Source of the DNA: an uncultured Candidatus Saccharibacteria bacterium
GTDB lineage: Bacteria > Patescibacteriota > WWE3 > 9FT-COMBO-53-11
NCBI GenBank assembly: GCA_964512075.1
Contig: CAZEID010000006.1
Location: forward strand, 1,024-65,023
Length of the DNA stretch: 64,000 nucleotides
Direction: 5' to 3'
A model generated the notes under the pieces. That model was not told the DNA's origin. It worked only from the letters and a program-made list of their open reading frames with translations, and ran no database searches. Shown here in pieces: positions 18,309-27,378 of this stretch. Every line of letters begins with the position of its first letter. The stretch's first letter is position 1. A program made the translations under genes and the position numbers.

Positions 18309-20885
18309 TTACAATCTTGCCCGGAGCCGGATCTCCTCCTCCACCTCCGCGGCGGGGCGAGTGTATTTCATCCGAGACTCCTCTTTAATCTGGGCAGCCC
18401 GGCGGGGATCTCGCGCAATGGCTTGAATCTGGGACCAGTCCGTCCGCATCCTAAACGGGATCGAGGGAACCCCATTAATCAACAAGCGGACGTAGGCTTG
18501 CCCGATGGCCGCATTGAGCAAATCCATCCGAGAGAAATCGGGGGAAACCTCGCTCTCAAGAAACTCGGCATCTTCCGCCCCAACTCGGAAAAGAATCTTG
18601 GTTCCCACGTTCCCAAAAACTGCCCGCTTGATATCTTCAGTCAGCTGACCAATAAACTGATTCGCCACAATTAGATTCAGCCGGTATTTCCGGGCCTCGG
18701 ATAGGATTTGGACGAAGTCGGGCGTCGCAAAGTTTTGGAATTCATCCACGTAAAGGTAGAAGTCCGGCCGCTGCTCTTCGGGTATCTCTACCCGCCCCAT
18801 GGCTGCTGTCAAAATCCGCGGCACTAAAATCAGCCCCAAAAAGTTGGAATTTTCCTCCCCAATCCTCCCTTTGGAGAGGTTCACTAATAGAACCTTTCGC
18901 TGATCCATTACCTCCCGGAAGCTGAAGGAGGATTTCCCCTGGCCGATGATGTTGCGCATCAGCTTTTCCGTCACAAACCGGTCGAACTTGGAGACGAAGT
19001 AGCCCAAGGTTTCGCTTTTGTGAAAGTCGGAAGTTTGAGCAAGCTCGTCAGTCCAATATTTCTTCACAATCGGATCCGTAATTAACGGGACCTTGCTAGC
19101 GGCAAAAACCGGGTCGGTCAGCAGGCGGAAAACTTCCACCAAGGTATTTTCCTTCTCGCTCATCGCTGTGAGCATCACATTCCGCACCGCCCGCTCCAAG
19201 CGGGGGCCCAAAATTCCGGTTCGGTTTGGATCATAAAGCTTGTAAAGGAGAGAAATAAAGGAGTTAATTACGAGATGTTTTCCTTCTTCTGTCTCCGCTT
19301 CCAAGATGTTGAGAGCCGGCGGCCGTTCTAAATCACCGGGATCGAAGTAAATTACATCGGCCTGGCGTTCTTTCGGGATCATTTGGAGAAGATCCTCCAC
19401 CGCGTCGCCATGCGGATCTACGAAACAAAGCCCCTCACCGGCGACGATATCTTGATAAGCCATAAACTTGAGCAACTCGCTTTTACCGGTTCCGGTCTGA
19501 CCGATGATGTAAGTATGCCGCCGGCGATCGTTTCGCTGCAGATAGACCGGTACTTCTATCCCCCGCGAGGACGCTCGACCAAGGTAGAGACCCGCAGTCG
19601 GCAGATCTAAGGGAATCGCCCCGGTTTTGGCCCCCAACCACTTAATGTTCGGCGTTGCTACCCACTTGTTGGGCAGGTGGAAAAGCGTCGCCAGCTCCTC
19701 GCTCGAAAAGACCGTCCAGTGCATAAAGCGCGGAACATGCCGGTAGAGAAAATCCACCATAAAGGACTTTTTAAAGAGGGCTTTCTTAACAGCAAAACCC
19801 GCTAGCTGTGGCGCGGAGAATTGGCTCAAACTGGTCACAATGCTGGAGAGTTGGAGATCGGCCGAAGCTTTCGTCGGCGCGACGGTCACAATCCTGATCA
19901 GCGCATAAAATCCGGGTTTATTGACCTTCCGGGCAATCGCTTCCTCAGTTTCCTTTCCCAGAACAACCCGACTCTCTCCCTCCGGCTTTCTCTCCATTTC
20001 TTTCGCCTTTAAAATGAAGGCCTGGCCTTGGCGCTGCCAGCTGGCGTCAGCCGGAGAGACCACAATTTGGATCACCGCCGCCTCGCCTTGGGCCAGCTTG
20101 GTTAAAGCGGAGGTAATGGTGTTAAGGGAATCGGTCTCTTCGCCCAAATCTACGTACGTCCTAATTGGGTAATACTTTGGTCCAGTTGTTACAAGCTGAT
20201 TAAAAGAAACGTACCCTTCTTTTTGAAAAATGTCATACTCCTGAACTTCCTTAATCTCGGCACTGGGATAAGCCGCGTGCAGCTGTTTCTCCACTAAAGA
20301 ACAAACCTCGCGAGGAGAAACTACCACAAAATGGATATGCTCGTGGTCCGCTATAATTTCGAAACTTAAATTAATCTGGGGGACCCCCAAGGACAGCGGT
20401 CCTCCACCCCGGTGGAGCCCCGCAAGGGAAGTGAAAAATTGCTCGGCGGCACCCGCCCGAATCTCGCTGTCCCGCGGCACCAACACCTCCAAAAAGACTA
20501 AATCGGGTCCGCCTTTCCGAGAAGCAACGGGGCCCGCCAGTTTCTGCCACTGCCGCTTCCACCATTCCCCCAACCAGCGGAAGGCACTCGTAATCGGAAG
20601 CTTCTGAGATTCCTTTACCTCCTGAACAGTTAAGGGTGGGGCAACCAGCCCCGGCTCAATCGGGGAACCGGGAAGAGAAGGCGGAGTTGGCGAGACTGGG
20701 GACGGCGAAGCTGGAAGGGAGGGCGGAGGAACGGAAGAGGAAGGTAAGGCCGCGGGACTCTCAGGAGCGGTTTCGGCCTCCTTGCCTACCTCCGACGGGG
20801 AGGGCTTTTCGGGAGCAGGAAAACCGGGGATTTTTTCGGGAGTACCGGAGATTGGCTCTGTTTCCACACCTCTATCCTGCCACAA
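18309..20885 (-). CDS. FtsK/HerA/VirD4-superfamily P-loop ATPase (type IV coupling-protein-like) with a Pro/Ser-rich N-terminal region
   Basis: 858 aa. N-terminal ~90 aa is low-complexity PAPEKPSPSE...PPSLPGSP. Walker A IIGQTGTGKSE, Walker B LYVDEFQNF, then LNLIVANQ. No TM helices are evident. Confidence 0.6.
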   Translation of the reverse strand: MWQDRGVETEPISGTPEKIPGFPAPEKPSPSEVGKEAETAPESPAALPSSSVPPPSLPASPSPVSPTPPSLPGSPIEPGLVAPPLTVQEVKESQKLPITSAFRWLGEWWKRQWQKLAGPVASRKGGPDLVFLEVLVPRDSEIRAGAAEQFFTSLAGLHRGGGPLSLGVPQINLSFEIIADHEHIHFVVVSPREVCSLVEKQLHAAYPSAEIKEVQEYDIFQKEGYVSFNQLVTTGPKYYPIRTYVDLGEETDSLNTITSALTKLAQGEAAVIQIVVSPADASWQRQGQAFILKAKEMERKPEGESRVVLGKETEEAIARKVNKPGFYALIRIVTVAPTKASADLQLSSIVTSLSQFSAPQLAGFAVKKALFKKSFMVDFLYRHVPRFMHWTVFSSEELATLFHLPNKWVATPNIKWLGAKTGAIPLDLPTAGLYLGRASSRGIEVPVYLQRNDRRRHTYIIGQTGTGKSELLKFMAYQDIVAGEGLCFVDPHGDAVEDLLQMIPKERQADVIYFDPGDLERPPALNILEAETEEGKHLVINSFISLLYKLYDPNRTGILGPRLERAVRNVMLTAMSEKENTLVEVFRLLTDPVFAASKVPLITDPIVKKYWTDELAQTSDFHKSETLGYFVSKFDRFVTEKLMRNIIGQGKSSFSFREVMDQRKVLLVNLSKGRIGEENSNFLGLILVPRILTAAMGRVEIPEEQRPDFYLYVDEFQNFATPDFVQILSEARKYRLNLIVANQFIGQLTEDIKRAVFGNVGTKILFRVGAEDAEFLESEVSPDFSRMDLLNAAIGQAYVRLLINGVPSIPFRMRTDWSQIQAIARDPRRAAQIKEESRMKYTRPAAEVEEEIRLRARL

Positions 20886-20900
20886 AATTGACCCGGGAAG

Positions 20901-21710
20901 CTACTTGACTAAACCTCGAACCCAATCTAGGAACTTGCTAAGCCCGCTGCGGGCCGCGGCCTGCTCCTCTTCAATCACTTGCTGAAAGGATTCAAATGGC
21001 AGGGCACCTTGGACAACTTTGGCAGTAATGGTTCCGGAGGAGCGCGTTTGGCCAATAAAGAAGGTGGGCGTCCCAATCCCTTGAGAAAAAACACTTGAGT
21101 AATTCTGGGCGATTTCGGTAATGTAGGCCAAATCCGCAGCCACCTCGTCTCTGAATTCCTCGGTGGAGAGGCAGTGGTTAAACGCGGCCGCATCCAACCC
21201 GATCTTGGTGGCGGCGGCGGCGTAATCCGCCTCCTTCATCCCCTCCCCGTTGGAGGCGGTTCGGGCAAAGATTTCGTCGTGGTAAGAGAAATATCCCTCA
21301 TCTCCCTTTTGATCGCGGGCGCAATTGGCCGCCAAGGCCTCTTTGGTCGCGACTGGATCATGGAAAGACAAGGGAAGATCGCGGTAGACAAACCTAACCT
21401 TGCCGGTGTCGATGTACTGTTCCTTGATCTTGGGAAGAGTTTCCGCAAAGAAGCTCTTGCAGAACGGGCACTCGTAGTCAGAAAACTCAATTATCGTAAC
21501 TGGGGCATTAGGATCACCGAGACCGGGGTCGTCGTCCACCGAAATTTCCACCTCTCCCGCCACCGCGCCCGTGGGGAAACTGTCGGAAATTCTCCCCAAG
21601 CCACCGGTGGTAAGAATCGCGGCGGCCACTATCATCCCACTCAACAAGATCGCGGAAGGCAAAAAAAGGGGCCGGTAACGGGTGATCCAGTCGGAAGGCG
21701 CTTTAGCCAT
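20901..21710 (-). CDS. DsbA-like thiol:disulfide oxidoreductase (membrane-anchored, thioredoxin fold)
   Basis: N-terminal TM helix. Active site SDYECPFCKSF. Confidence 0.7.
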   Translation of the reverse strand: MAKAPSDWITRYRPLFLPSAILLSGMIVAAAILTTGGLGRISDSFPTGAVAGEVEISVDDDPGLGDPNAPVTIIEFSDYECPFCKSFFAETLPKIKEQYIDTGKVRFVYRDLPLSFHDPVATKEALAANCARDQKGDEGYFSYHDEIFARTASNGEGMKEADYAAAATKIGLDAAAFNHCLSTEEFRDEVAADLAYITEIAQNYSSVFSQGIGTPTFFIGQTRSSGTITAKVVQGALPFESFQQVIEEEQAAARSGLSKFLDWVRGLVK

Positions 21711-21732
21711 TGCGACAGTATAACAAAACTGG

Positions 21733-22764
21733 TCAGGCGGAAGGTGCTAACTCCTTGTTAACCAGATTCACCGGAGGTTTTCCTGCCAATACATCTAACA
21801 CCGCTTGGGCCGCCAGTACCGCCATTGCGCCCCGGGCCTCGATCGTCGCCGAAGCAGTGTGGGGCGTCAGCACGACATTGGGAAGCTCCGCTAATCCCGG
21901 CGCCAGGTTGGGCTCATTCTCGTAAACGTCCAGCGCGGCTCCTTTAATCGTGCCCGCCTTGAGGGCTCCCACCAACGCGGCTTCATCCACAATTGGCCCC
22001 CGCGAAGTATTGACAAGATAAGCCGTCGGTTTCATTAGTTTTAGCCGGTCAGCATTGATTAAGTGGCGGGTCTCTGGAAGGAGCGGAACATGGATTGAAA
22101 CGAAGTCCGCCTCCTTCAGCAGAGCGTCTAAGCCCCGAAACTCTGCCCCAAACTCCTGCTCAAACTCGGTGGAGGGTTGAATATCATAGTAGAGTACCTG
22201 CATCCCCATCCCTTTGGAAGCGATCTCGGCCACCCGGGAGCCGATTCGGCCCAGCCCGACTACTCCCAAAACCTTTCCCTGGAGCTCGGTTCCCAGCAGC
22301 AGCTCCGGCTCCCAGCCCCGATACTTCCCTTGGCGGGTGAACTGATCGGATTCCGGAATCCGGCGGGCAATTGCCAAAAGCAGGGCGAAGGTGTGCTCCG
22401 CCACCGCTTCGGTCAGTACCCCCGGAGTGTTAGAAACGTAGATCTTGCGCTGAGTCGCGGCCGGAACGTCAATGTTGTCGTAGCCGACGGCGTAGTTGGA
22501 GATCAGCTTGAGTTGGGGACCGGCGGCGTCCATCACTTCCCCATCGATCTTGTCGGTCAGGAGGGAGAGGATCGCTTCCGCTCCCTTAACCCGTTCCAGC
22601 AGCACCTCGCGAGGAATCACCCGATCCTCTTCCCAAACCGAAAAATCGGTCCCTTTTAGGAGATCCAAACCAGCCCGGGGAATTTTGCGAGTGACGAAAA
22701 CCTTGGGCATCAGAACTAGAATAACAGAATTACCAGAGCCAGAATAACAGAATTTGGTAGCCAA
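21733..22764 (-). CDS. D-isomer-specific 2-hydroxyacid dehydrogenase (glyoxylate/hydroxypyruvate reductase or glycerate dehydrogenase type)
   Basis: NAD-binding GVVGLGRIGSRVA. Catalytic R...E...H pattern (TPHTAS). Confidence 0.75.
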   Translation of the reverse strand: MATKFCYSGSGNSVILVLMPKVFVTRKIPRAGLDLLKGTDFSVWEEDRVIPREVLLERVKGAEAILSLLTDKIDGEVMDAAGPQLKLISNYAVGYDNIDVPAATQRKIYVSNTPGVLTEAVAEHTFALLLAIARRIPESDQFTRQGKYRGWEPELLLGTELQGKVLGVVGLGRIGSRVAEIASKGMGMQVLYYDIQPSTEFEQEFGAEFRGLDALLKEADFVSIHVPLLPETRHLINADRLKLMKPTAYLVNTSRGPIVDEAALVGALKAGTIKGAALDVYENEPNLAPGLAELPNVVLTPHTASATIEARGAMAVLAAQAVLDVLAGKPPVNLVNKELAPSA

Positions 22765-22800
22765 TCTCTATCGATACCCACATCAAGCCGCATTTTACTG

Positions 22801-22820
22801 TTTTACAGAAAACTGTAAAA
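22801..22820. promoter_or_regulatory. 20-bp palindrome TTTTACAG-AAAA-CTGTAAAA (copy 1), preceded by an extra half-site TTTTACTG
   Basis: Read directly. Downstream of the TrpR/YerC-like gene. Confidence 0.5.
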
Positions 22821-22887
22821 CGGTAGAAACTAACCGAATAATCGATTACAACCTAATAAATCGGGTTAAAATTGGGTTAAAACCAAG

Positions 22888-23298
22888 TCAACGGGAAACG
22901 TCTTTGCGGGTAAAACCGGTGTAGACTTTCTTTTTAAAAACTTTCATTGAGGAGCCGACTTGACGGTAAGTTTTTGATTTTGCCTCACTCTCAACCTTCT
23001 CCTCCCGTTTGTCAATCAACTCAAAACAACGGGGGTGCTGGTCCATACTCTTCTGGACAGAGGAAATTGTACTGTAGCCGACTTTAAGCTCCCGAGCTAG
23101 GTCACTTACTAACTTCCCTTGGGAAAGAAGTTGGGCGATCTTGATCCGGCGGCCAAGCCGCAAACGCTCGTCGGAAGTCAAAATCCCGTTCATAATTTCT
23201 TCCACGTCATAACCGTCCTTAGCCGCCAGAAGCGCCGCTCGAAGTTTATTGAGCGCGTCAAAGATTTCCTCCCTGGAGAGAAACTGATATCGCCGCAT
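22888..23298 (-). CDS. TrpR/YerC/YecD-family DNA-binding protein
   Basis: 136 aa. Trp-repressor-like helix-turn-helix region RLRLGRRIKIAQLLSQGKLVSDLARELKVGYSTISSVQ. Confidence 0.6.
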   Translation of the reverse strand: MRRYQFLSREEIFDALNKLRAALLAAKDGYDVEEIMNGILTSDERLRLGRRIKIAQLLSQGKLVSDLARELKVGYSTISSVQKSMDQHPRCFELIDKREEKVESEAKSKTYRQVGSSMKVFKKKVYTGFTRKDVSR

Positions 23299-23335
23299 TT
23301 GCGCTAATTTTACACCCCCATTTCCAAATTTCCAG

Positions 23336-23355
23336 TTTTACAGAAATCTGTAAAA
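23336..23355. promoter_or_regulatory. 20-bp palindrome TTTTACAG-AAAT-CTGTAAAA (copy 2), in the promoter region of the TrpR/YerC-like gene
   Basis: Read directly. 38 bp upstream of the start codon, in the divergent intergenic region. Confidence 0.5.
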
Positions 23356-23518
23356 CAGTAGAGAATTGCTAAGGAGAAGGGTTTAGAAACCGAAGTAGGT
23401 TAGAATCAAAATCCACCCGAGGGAATTTTGCGGGTCACGAAAACTCTCGCCATCAAGAGCAGAACATCGGATACGGGGTATCAGAGGCAAGCAGATTTCT
23501 AATTGACGAGAATCTTCC

Positions 23519-23546
23519 TTGACTTTACCAAACCTAAACCTATACT
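23519..23546 (+). promoter_or_regulatory. near-consensus sigma70-type promoter TTGACT-16-TATACT
   Basis: Read directly. About 85 nt upstream of the ATG at 23630. Confidence 0.5.
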
Positions 23547-23629
23547 TAGGGTAAGGGCTAATTCAGGAAACAGAAAGGAGAAGAGGATCGCCGCCAAGCC
23601 CAAATCCTCCTGTTCATACGGAGGGAGAG

Positions 23630-23821
23630 ATGCCTCCCAAAGAGTACTGGTACGATTCGCATGGGAACTACCACGAAGATTGGAAGCGGGCGGTCGAGGC
23701 CGAAAGAGCCAACGAAGAGGCGGCCGGCCGGTCAGACTGCCGCGCGGGCTTCGACGAACGCAGTGGCTCCAGTGAGAATGATTCTGACAAGAATGACTCC
23801 AGTAAGAGTAGTGGGAAATGA
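23630..23821 (+). CDS. small acidic Ser/Asp-rich protein (63 aa)
   Basis: Good RBS GGAGGGAGAG before the ATG and a consensus promoter upstream. Low-complexity C-terminus SENDSDKNDSSKSSGK. Confidence 0.4.
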   Translation: MPPKEYWYDSHGNYHEDWKRAVEAERANEEAAGRSDCRAGFDERSGSSENDSDKNDSSKSSGK

Positions 23822-23876
23822 CTCCAGCGTGGGTAAACCGAGTTTTGGTTTACCCTCTTTTATTGTAGTCTGAACA

Positions 23877-24896
23877 GTGGCAATAAAAATGGTCCCCACA
23901 ACTAAAGACCCAGAACTGGAGAGGCTAGGCAGGGCTTATGAAGCTTACTTCGACGTGGCTGATCCAAGGAAGATCGGAGAGATTCGCAGAGATATTTTCT
24001 TCTTCCGCAAACCGTTTTTGGAAAGGGAAAAAGCCTACCTCCAGCATAAAAAAACAATCGGGGAGCTAAAGCCGCTCTACAAAGACCTGGTCAAGGCAAG
24101 AAATAAATACGCCCAATCGAAAGGCCCCTATCGAAACTTCCTCCATTTTGCCCTCAATGATGATGGTGTACCAGAAAAAAGTTTTGAAAAATTCCTTGAA
24201 CAAATCGATTCACTGATAAATAGGATCAACAAAAACCTCCCCAAACCAAAAAACAGCGGACAGTTCTATTCTCCCCTCAACATGCCAGACTTTATCGACG
24301 AGATTAGTAGCAAAAAATACTCGCTACCAGAATATGTCATAAGAAGATTGGGCGAATACTCTCCCGAAATTGGGCAAATGCTCCCAAGGATAAGATTTGA
24401 GGATGCGGATAAAAATCACGGTTTTAACGAGGCTCTTTTCCGGCCCGTTACGGGAACTGTCGTAGTTCGAACTTGGCCAAGCTCCGATCTTCAACACGCA
24501 ATCTCCCTAGCTCACGAAGTAGGACACGCTGTAGCATACCTCCGATTAATAAAGGAAGGGATAGATCCCAAAGACAAACCAAAGTACTGGCACGAAAAGC
24601 AGGCTATCAGAATGGAGTTAACTTTTATTGGAACACTCCCCCAGGATCTGCGAAACGCTGCTATCGGAAACATCCTTTGGCAGTTTACTATTGCTTTGTT
24701 TGAAGTGGAAACATACGCCAAGCCCAATCTAAATTTCGATCGAGTGTTTGCCCAGTCTTTTAACCGCTGTTATAAAGAAGCTCAACAAAAAGAAAATCCA
24801 TTTTATGTAGTAATGGAACCGCTTCTCCGCCGCCCCTGCTCCGCCGTTACGCAAGGAATAGTTCACACCGGGGAACTTTCTCAAGTACTCAATTAA
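23877..24896 (+). CDS. putative zinc metallopeptidase-like protein (HEXXH motif)
   Basis: 339 aa. Contains LAHEVGHAVAY (HEXXH) and a downstream Glu-containing segment. Family is not assignable by eye. Confidence 0.45.
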   Translation: MAIKMVPTTKDPELERLGRAYEAYFDVADPRKIGEIRRDIFFFRKPFLEREKAYLQHKKTIGELKPLYKDLVKARNKYAQSKGPYRNFLHFALNDDGVPEKSFEKFLEQIDSLINRINKNLPKPKNSGQFYSPLNMPDFIDEISSKKYSLPEYVIRRLGEYSPEIGQMLPRIRFEDADKNHGFNEALFRPVTGTVVVRTWPSSDLQHAISLAHEVGHAVAYLRLIKEGIDPKDKPKYWHEKQAIRMELTFIGTLPQDLRNAAIGNILWQFTIALFEVETYAKPNLNFDRVFAQSFNRCYKEAQQKENPFYVVMEPLLRRPCSAVTQGIVHTGELSQVLN

Positions 24897-24940
24897 TCCA
24901 AAAATTTAGCAGACCTTGGGAATCTTGCGGGCCAACTCAA

Positions 24941-26281
24941 TTATTCCTCAGCTTCCGGCGTGGAGCGGATCTTGAACCCGACAAACCCTTGCCCGAAATC
25001 CTCGATCATTAAGGTCTCGAGAATCTTCTCCCCCTCTTCGGGAGAAAACCACTCGACAAAGAACCGGTTCCAGAGCGCTTCCCGAACGTGATAGGTGTAT
25101 TGTCCCCCTTCGCTGAAAGATCCGGAAGGGCTGGCCGCGAGGGAGAAGACATTGTCCTCGAAGTTGAAAGAGACCAATTCCCCAGAGAAAAAGCCACAAA
25201 GGTGGGTTTTGCCCCTCCAGAAGGACAGTCCCCCCTTCGCTAAAGCTCCGGAGGGCAGGCCCGGAGTGTTGTCGGCGAGGGCGGCAAGATTGGCGGAAGC
25301 CCGGGCCCAATGCAGCGCTTCCGGAGAAATGTGGGGGATCTGGAGGCGCGGGTCATTCGGATTCTCCTTCGCCAAATAGCGCTGCATAATTACCCAGGAA
25401 ACAATATTCTCCAGCTCCGGCGCCGATTCCCGCACGTCTCCCCGCAGGGCGGAAACAAACTTGCCGGAAAAGGTGCCCGGATCTTCCGCGATCATCCGAA
25501 AATATTTCGCGTAAAACATCACTTCGTTGAGGTAGTGGAACATCATCGAAAACATCCGGGTGAGCGCCCCTTCGGTGTATTCCACCGGAATGATGATCAC
25601 AACCCCCAGCTCCTTGAGGTGGGTAGCATTGTGGAACTTTTTCTTGGTAAAATTCCGGGCTTCCGGTCCCCACTTCTTGGGATCGAGCACCCGCATCACA
25701 ATCGGCCGCTCCTCGAAGTCGTCGGGGGTGAGCTGGGAGAACGGGGCGAAGAAGACTTCATTTTGCCACTTCCGGTCCTCTAAAAACCGGAGGGCCGAAA
25801 AAACCTCGAAAAGGTCCTCCTTCGCCAACAGCTCTTCGGCACTACTGTATTTAAGTTGGGCGAGGATGTTTTTCGGCGGGTTCTGGCGGAAAAGTTCCTT
25901 CGCTTTCTCTTCCTTCAGGAAAAAACCCTTCGCGGGCTGGAACCCCGTTTTTAGCGGGGTTGCGCCGGAGGCAGCAACAATCTCCGCCGCCCGAGCAAAG
26001 AGCTTCTTGATGTAGTTGTGGTCCAACATTGCCGGCTCGCCCAACGCCTTCTTCGCCTCCTCCTCCAAGAGAGCCACCCGCTCCGCCAAGGCCGCCAAGA
26101 TCTCCTTTCGAGGAGAACTTCCCGAAAGCCCCAGCTCGTCGAGGACCCGCGATCTCTCTTCCCTTATTTTCTCTACCAACTGCTCGGGAACCTCTCTCTT
26201 TCCCGTAAACTCCGCCATTTCGTCGGTTAATTCTTCAAGTTTCTTTTTAGTTGTACCAAGGAGTTGCGCCAGTTCTTCCAT
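24941..26281 (-). CDS. hypothetical protein (446 aa), convergent with the HEXXH gene
   Basis: Long ORF with coding-like composition and a coiled-coil-like N-terminus. No recognisable catalytic motif. Confidence 0.5.
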   Translation of the reverse strand: MEELAQLLGTTKKKLEELTDEMAEFTGKREVPEQLVEKIREERSRVLDELGLSGSSPRKEILAALAERVALLEEEAKKALGEPAMLDHNYIKKLFARAAEIVAASGATPLKTGFQPAKGFFLKEEKAKELFRQNPPKNILAQLKYSSAEELLAKEDLFEVFSALRFLEDRKWQNEVFFAPFSQLTPDDFEERPIVMRVLDPKKWGPEARNFTKKKFHNATHLKELGVVIIIPVEYTEGALTRMFSMMFHYLNEVMFYAKYFRMIAEDPGTFSGKFVSALRGDVRESAPELENIVSWVIMQRYLAKENPNDPRLQIPHISPEALHWARASANLAALADNTPGLPSGALAKGGLSFWRGKTHLCGFFSGELVSFNFEDNVFSLAASPSGSFSEGGQYTYHVREALWNRFFVEWFSPEEGEKILETLMIEDFGQGFVGFKIRSTPEAEE

Positions 26282-26366
26282 AGACTATCGTAAAATAAAA
26301 GCACCAACGGGACGGAAACTTAATTGGACTGACTTAACGGGCTTCACTGATTTAACCGCCTTTCCT

Positions 26367-27347
26367 TTACTTCAAGCGCTTGACTAACTCCTCTAATTTT
26401 CTGCGCTTAAGCAACCCGGCCTGCGCCCCAACCTTCTGAGTAACCGACTCGGCGTTGAGGGTCCCCCATTTCAAGGCTTCTCTCAAAGATTTGCCCAGGA
26501 CCAGCGCGCTAGTCAAACCACAGGAGAAGGCATCTCCTGCTCCCGTCCGTTCCTTCGCCTTGACCTTCGTCGCGGCCTGAAAGATAAACTCGTAGCCGTC
26601 AAAAGCATACGCCCCTTGCGGTCCATCCGTCACCACCACGATCCGCGGACCCAAATCGCGCAGGCGGAGGAGCATCTCTCGCTCGCTCTTAAAAGCGTGA
26701 TCCAGCCCCAACAACCTTCCCGCTTCCTCTCGGTTAAGAATCAACACCTCAGTAATCTTAAGGAGCTGCCCGTAAGCTGCTAGCCCCTCTTTGATCTGGT
26801 AAGAACCGGGGTTGAACGCCAGCTTCACCCGGTTCTCGTGGACGTAGTGGACGAAGGGGGCGTGGAAATAATCGTGGCCGGGAGCCAAAGAAGAAAAGTA
26901 GACCCAGGGAGCGTAGACTTCCGGAATTAGATAGTGGCGGGGCTGGTGAGCGGAAAGGATCGTCCGCTCGCCTCTTGAAGAAATAATCACATTAACATTG
27001 GTGGGCTGATCCCGATCTACCTCCACCAACTCGGTGCTGACTTTCTCCTTTTTAAAATTCTCCAGAACCTCTTTCCCAAAAAGATCATCTCCAACGTGAG
27101 TGTAGATACCGGTCTTGAGCCCCAACCGAGAAGCACCAACGGCGACATTGGCGGCATTGCCGCCGAAAGTTAGTTCCAACCCTTTACTGGAAACTTTGTC
27201 GGCCGCGGAAAGGCATAGCTCGCACTTCTCGTCGCCGTGCAATTGGCAGTGAATATCGGCTTTTTCGGGAAAAGTAAAAATATCGACCGTGCAGTCGCCG
27301 ATCGTCAAAAGATCAAACTTTGCCGTCACGCCTTCTGGGGAAGACAT
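26367..27347 (-). CDS. PfkB-family carbohydrate kinase (ribokinase-like)
   Basis: Signature TGAGDAFSCG (DTxGAGD anion hole) near the C-terminus. N-terminal GG dipeptide region. Confidence 0.75.
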   Translation of the reverse strand: MSSPEGVTAKFDLLTIGDCTVDIFTFPEKADIHCQLHGDEKCELCLSAADKVSSKGLELTFGGNAANVAVGASRLGLKTGIYTHVGDDLFGKEVLENFKKEKVSTELVEVDRDQPTNVNVIISSRGERTILSAHQPRHYLIPEVYAPWVYFSSLAPGHDYFHAPFVHYVHENRVKLAFNPGSYQIKEGLAAYGQLLKITEVLILNREEAGRLLGLDHAFKSEREMLLRLRDLGPRIVVVTDGPQGAYAFDGYEFIFQAATKVKAKERTGAGDAFSCGLTSALVLGKSLREALKWGTLNAESVTQKVGAQAGLLKRRKLEELVKRLK

Positions 27348-27378
27348 TGATTTAAAGATACCAGAAGCCCGTTATCAG

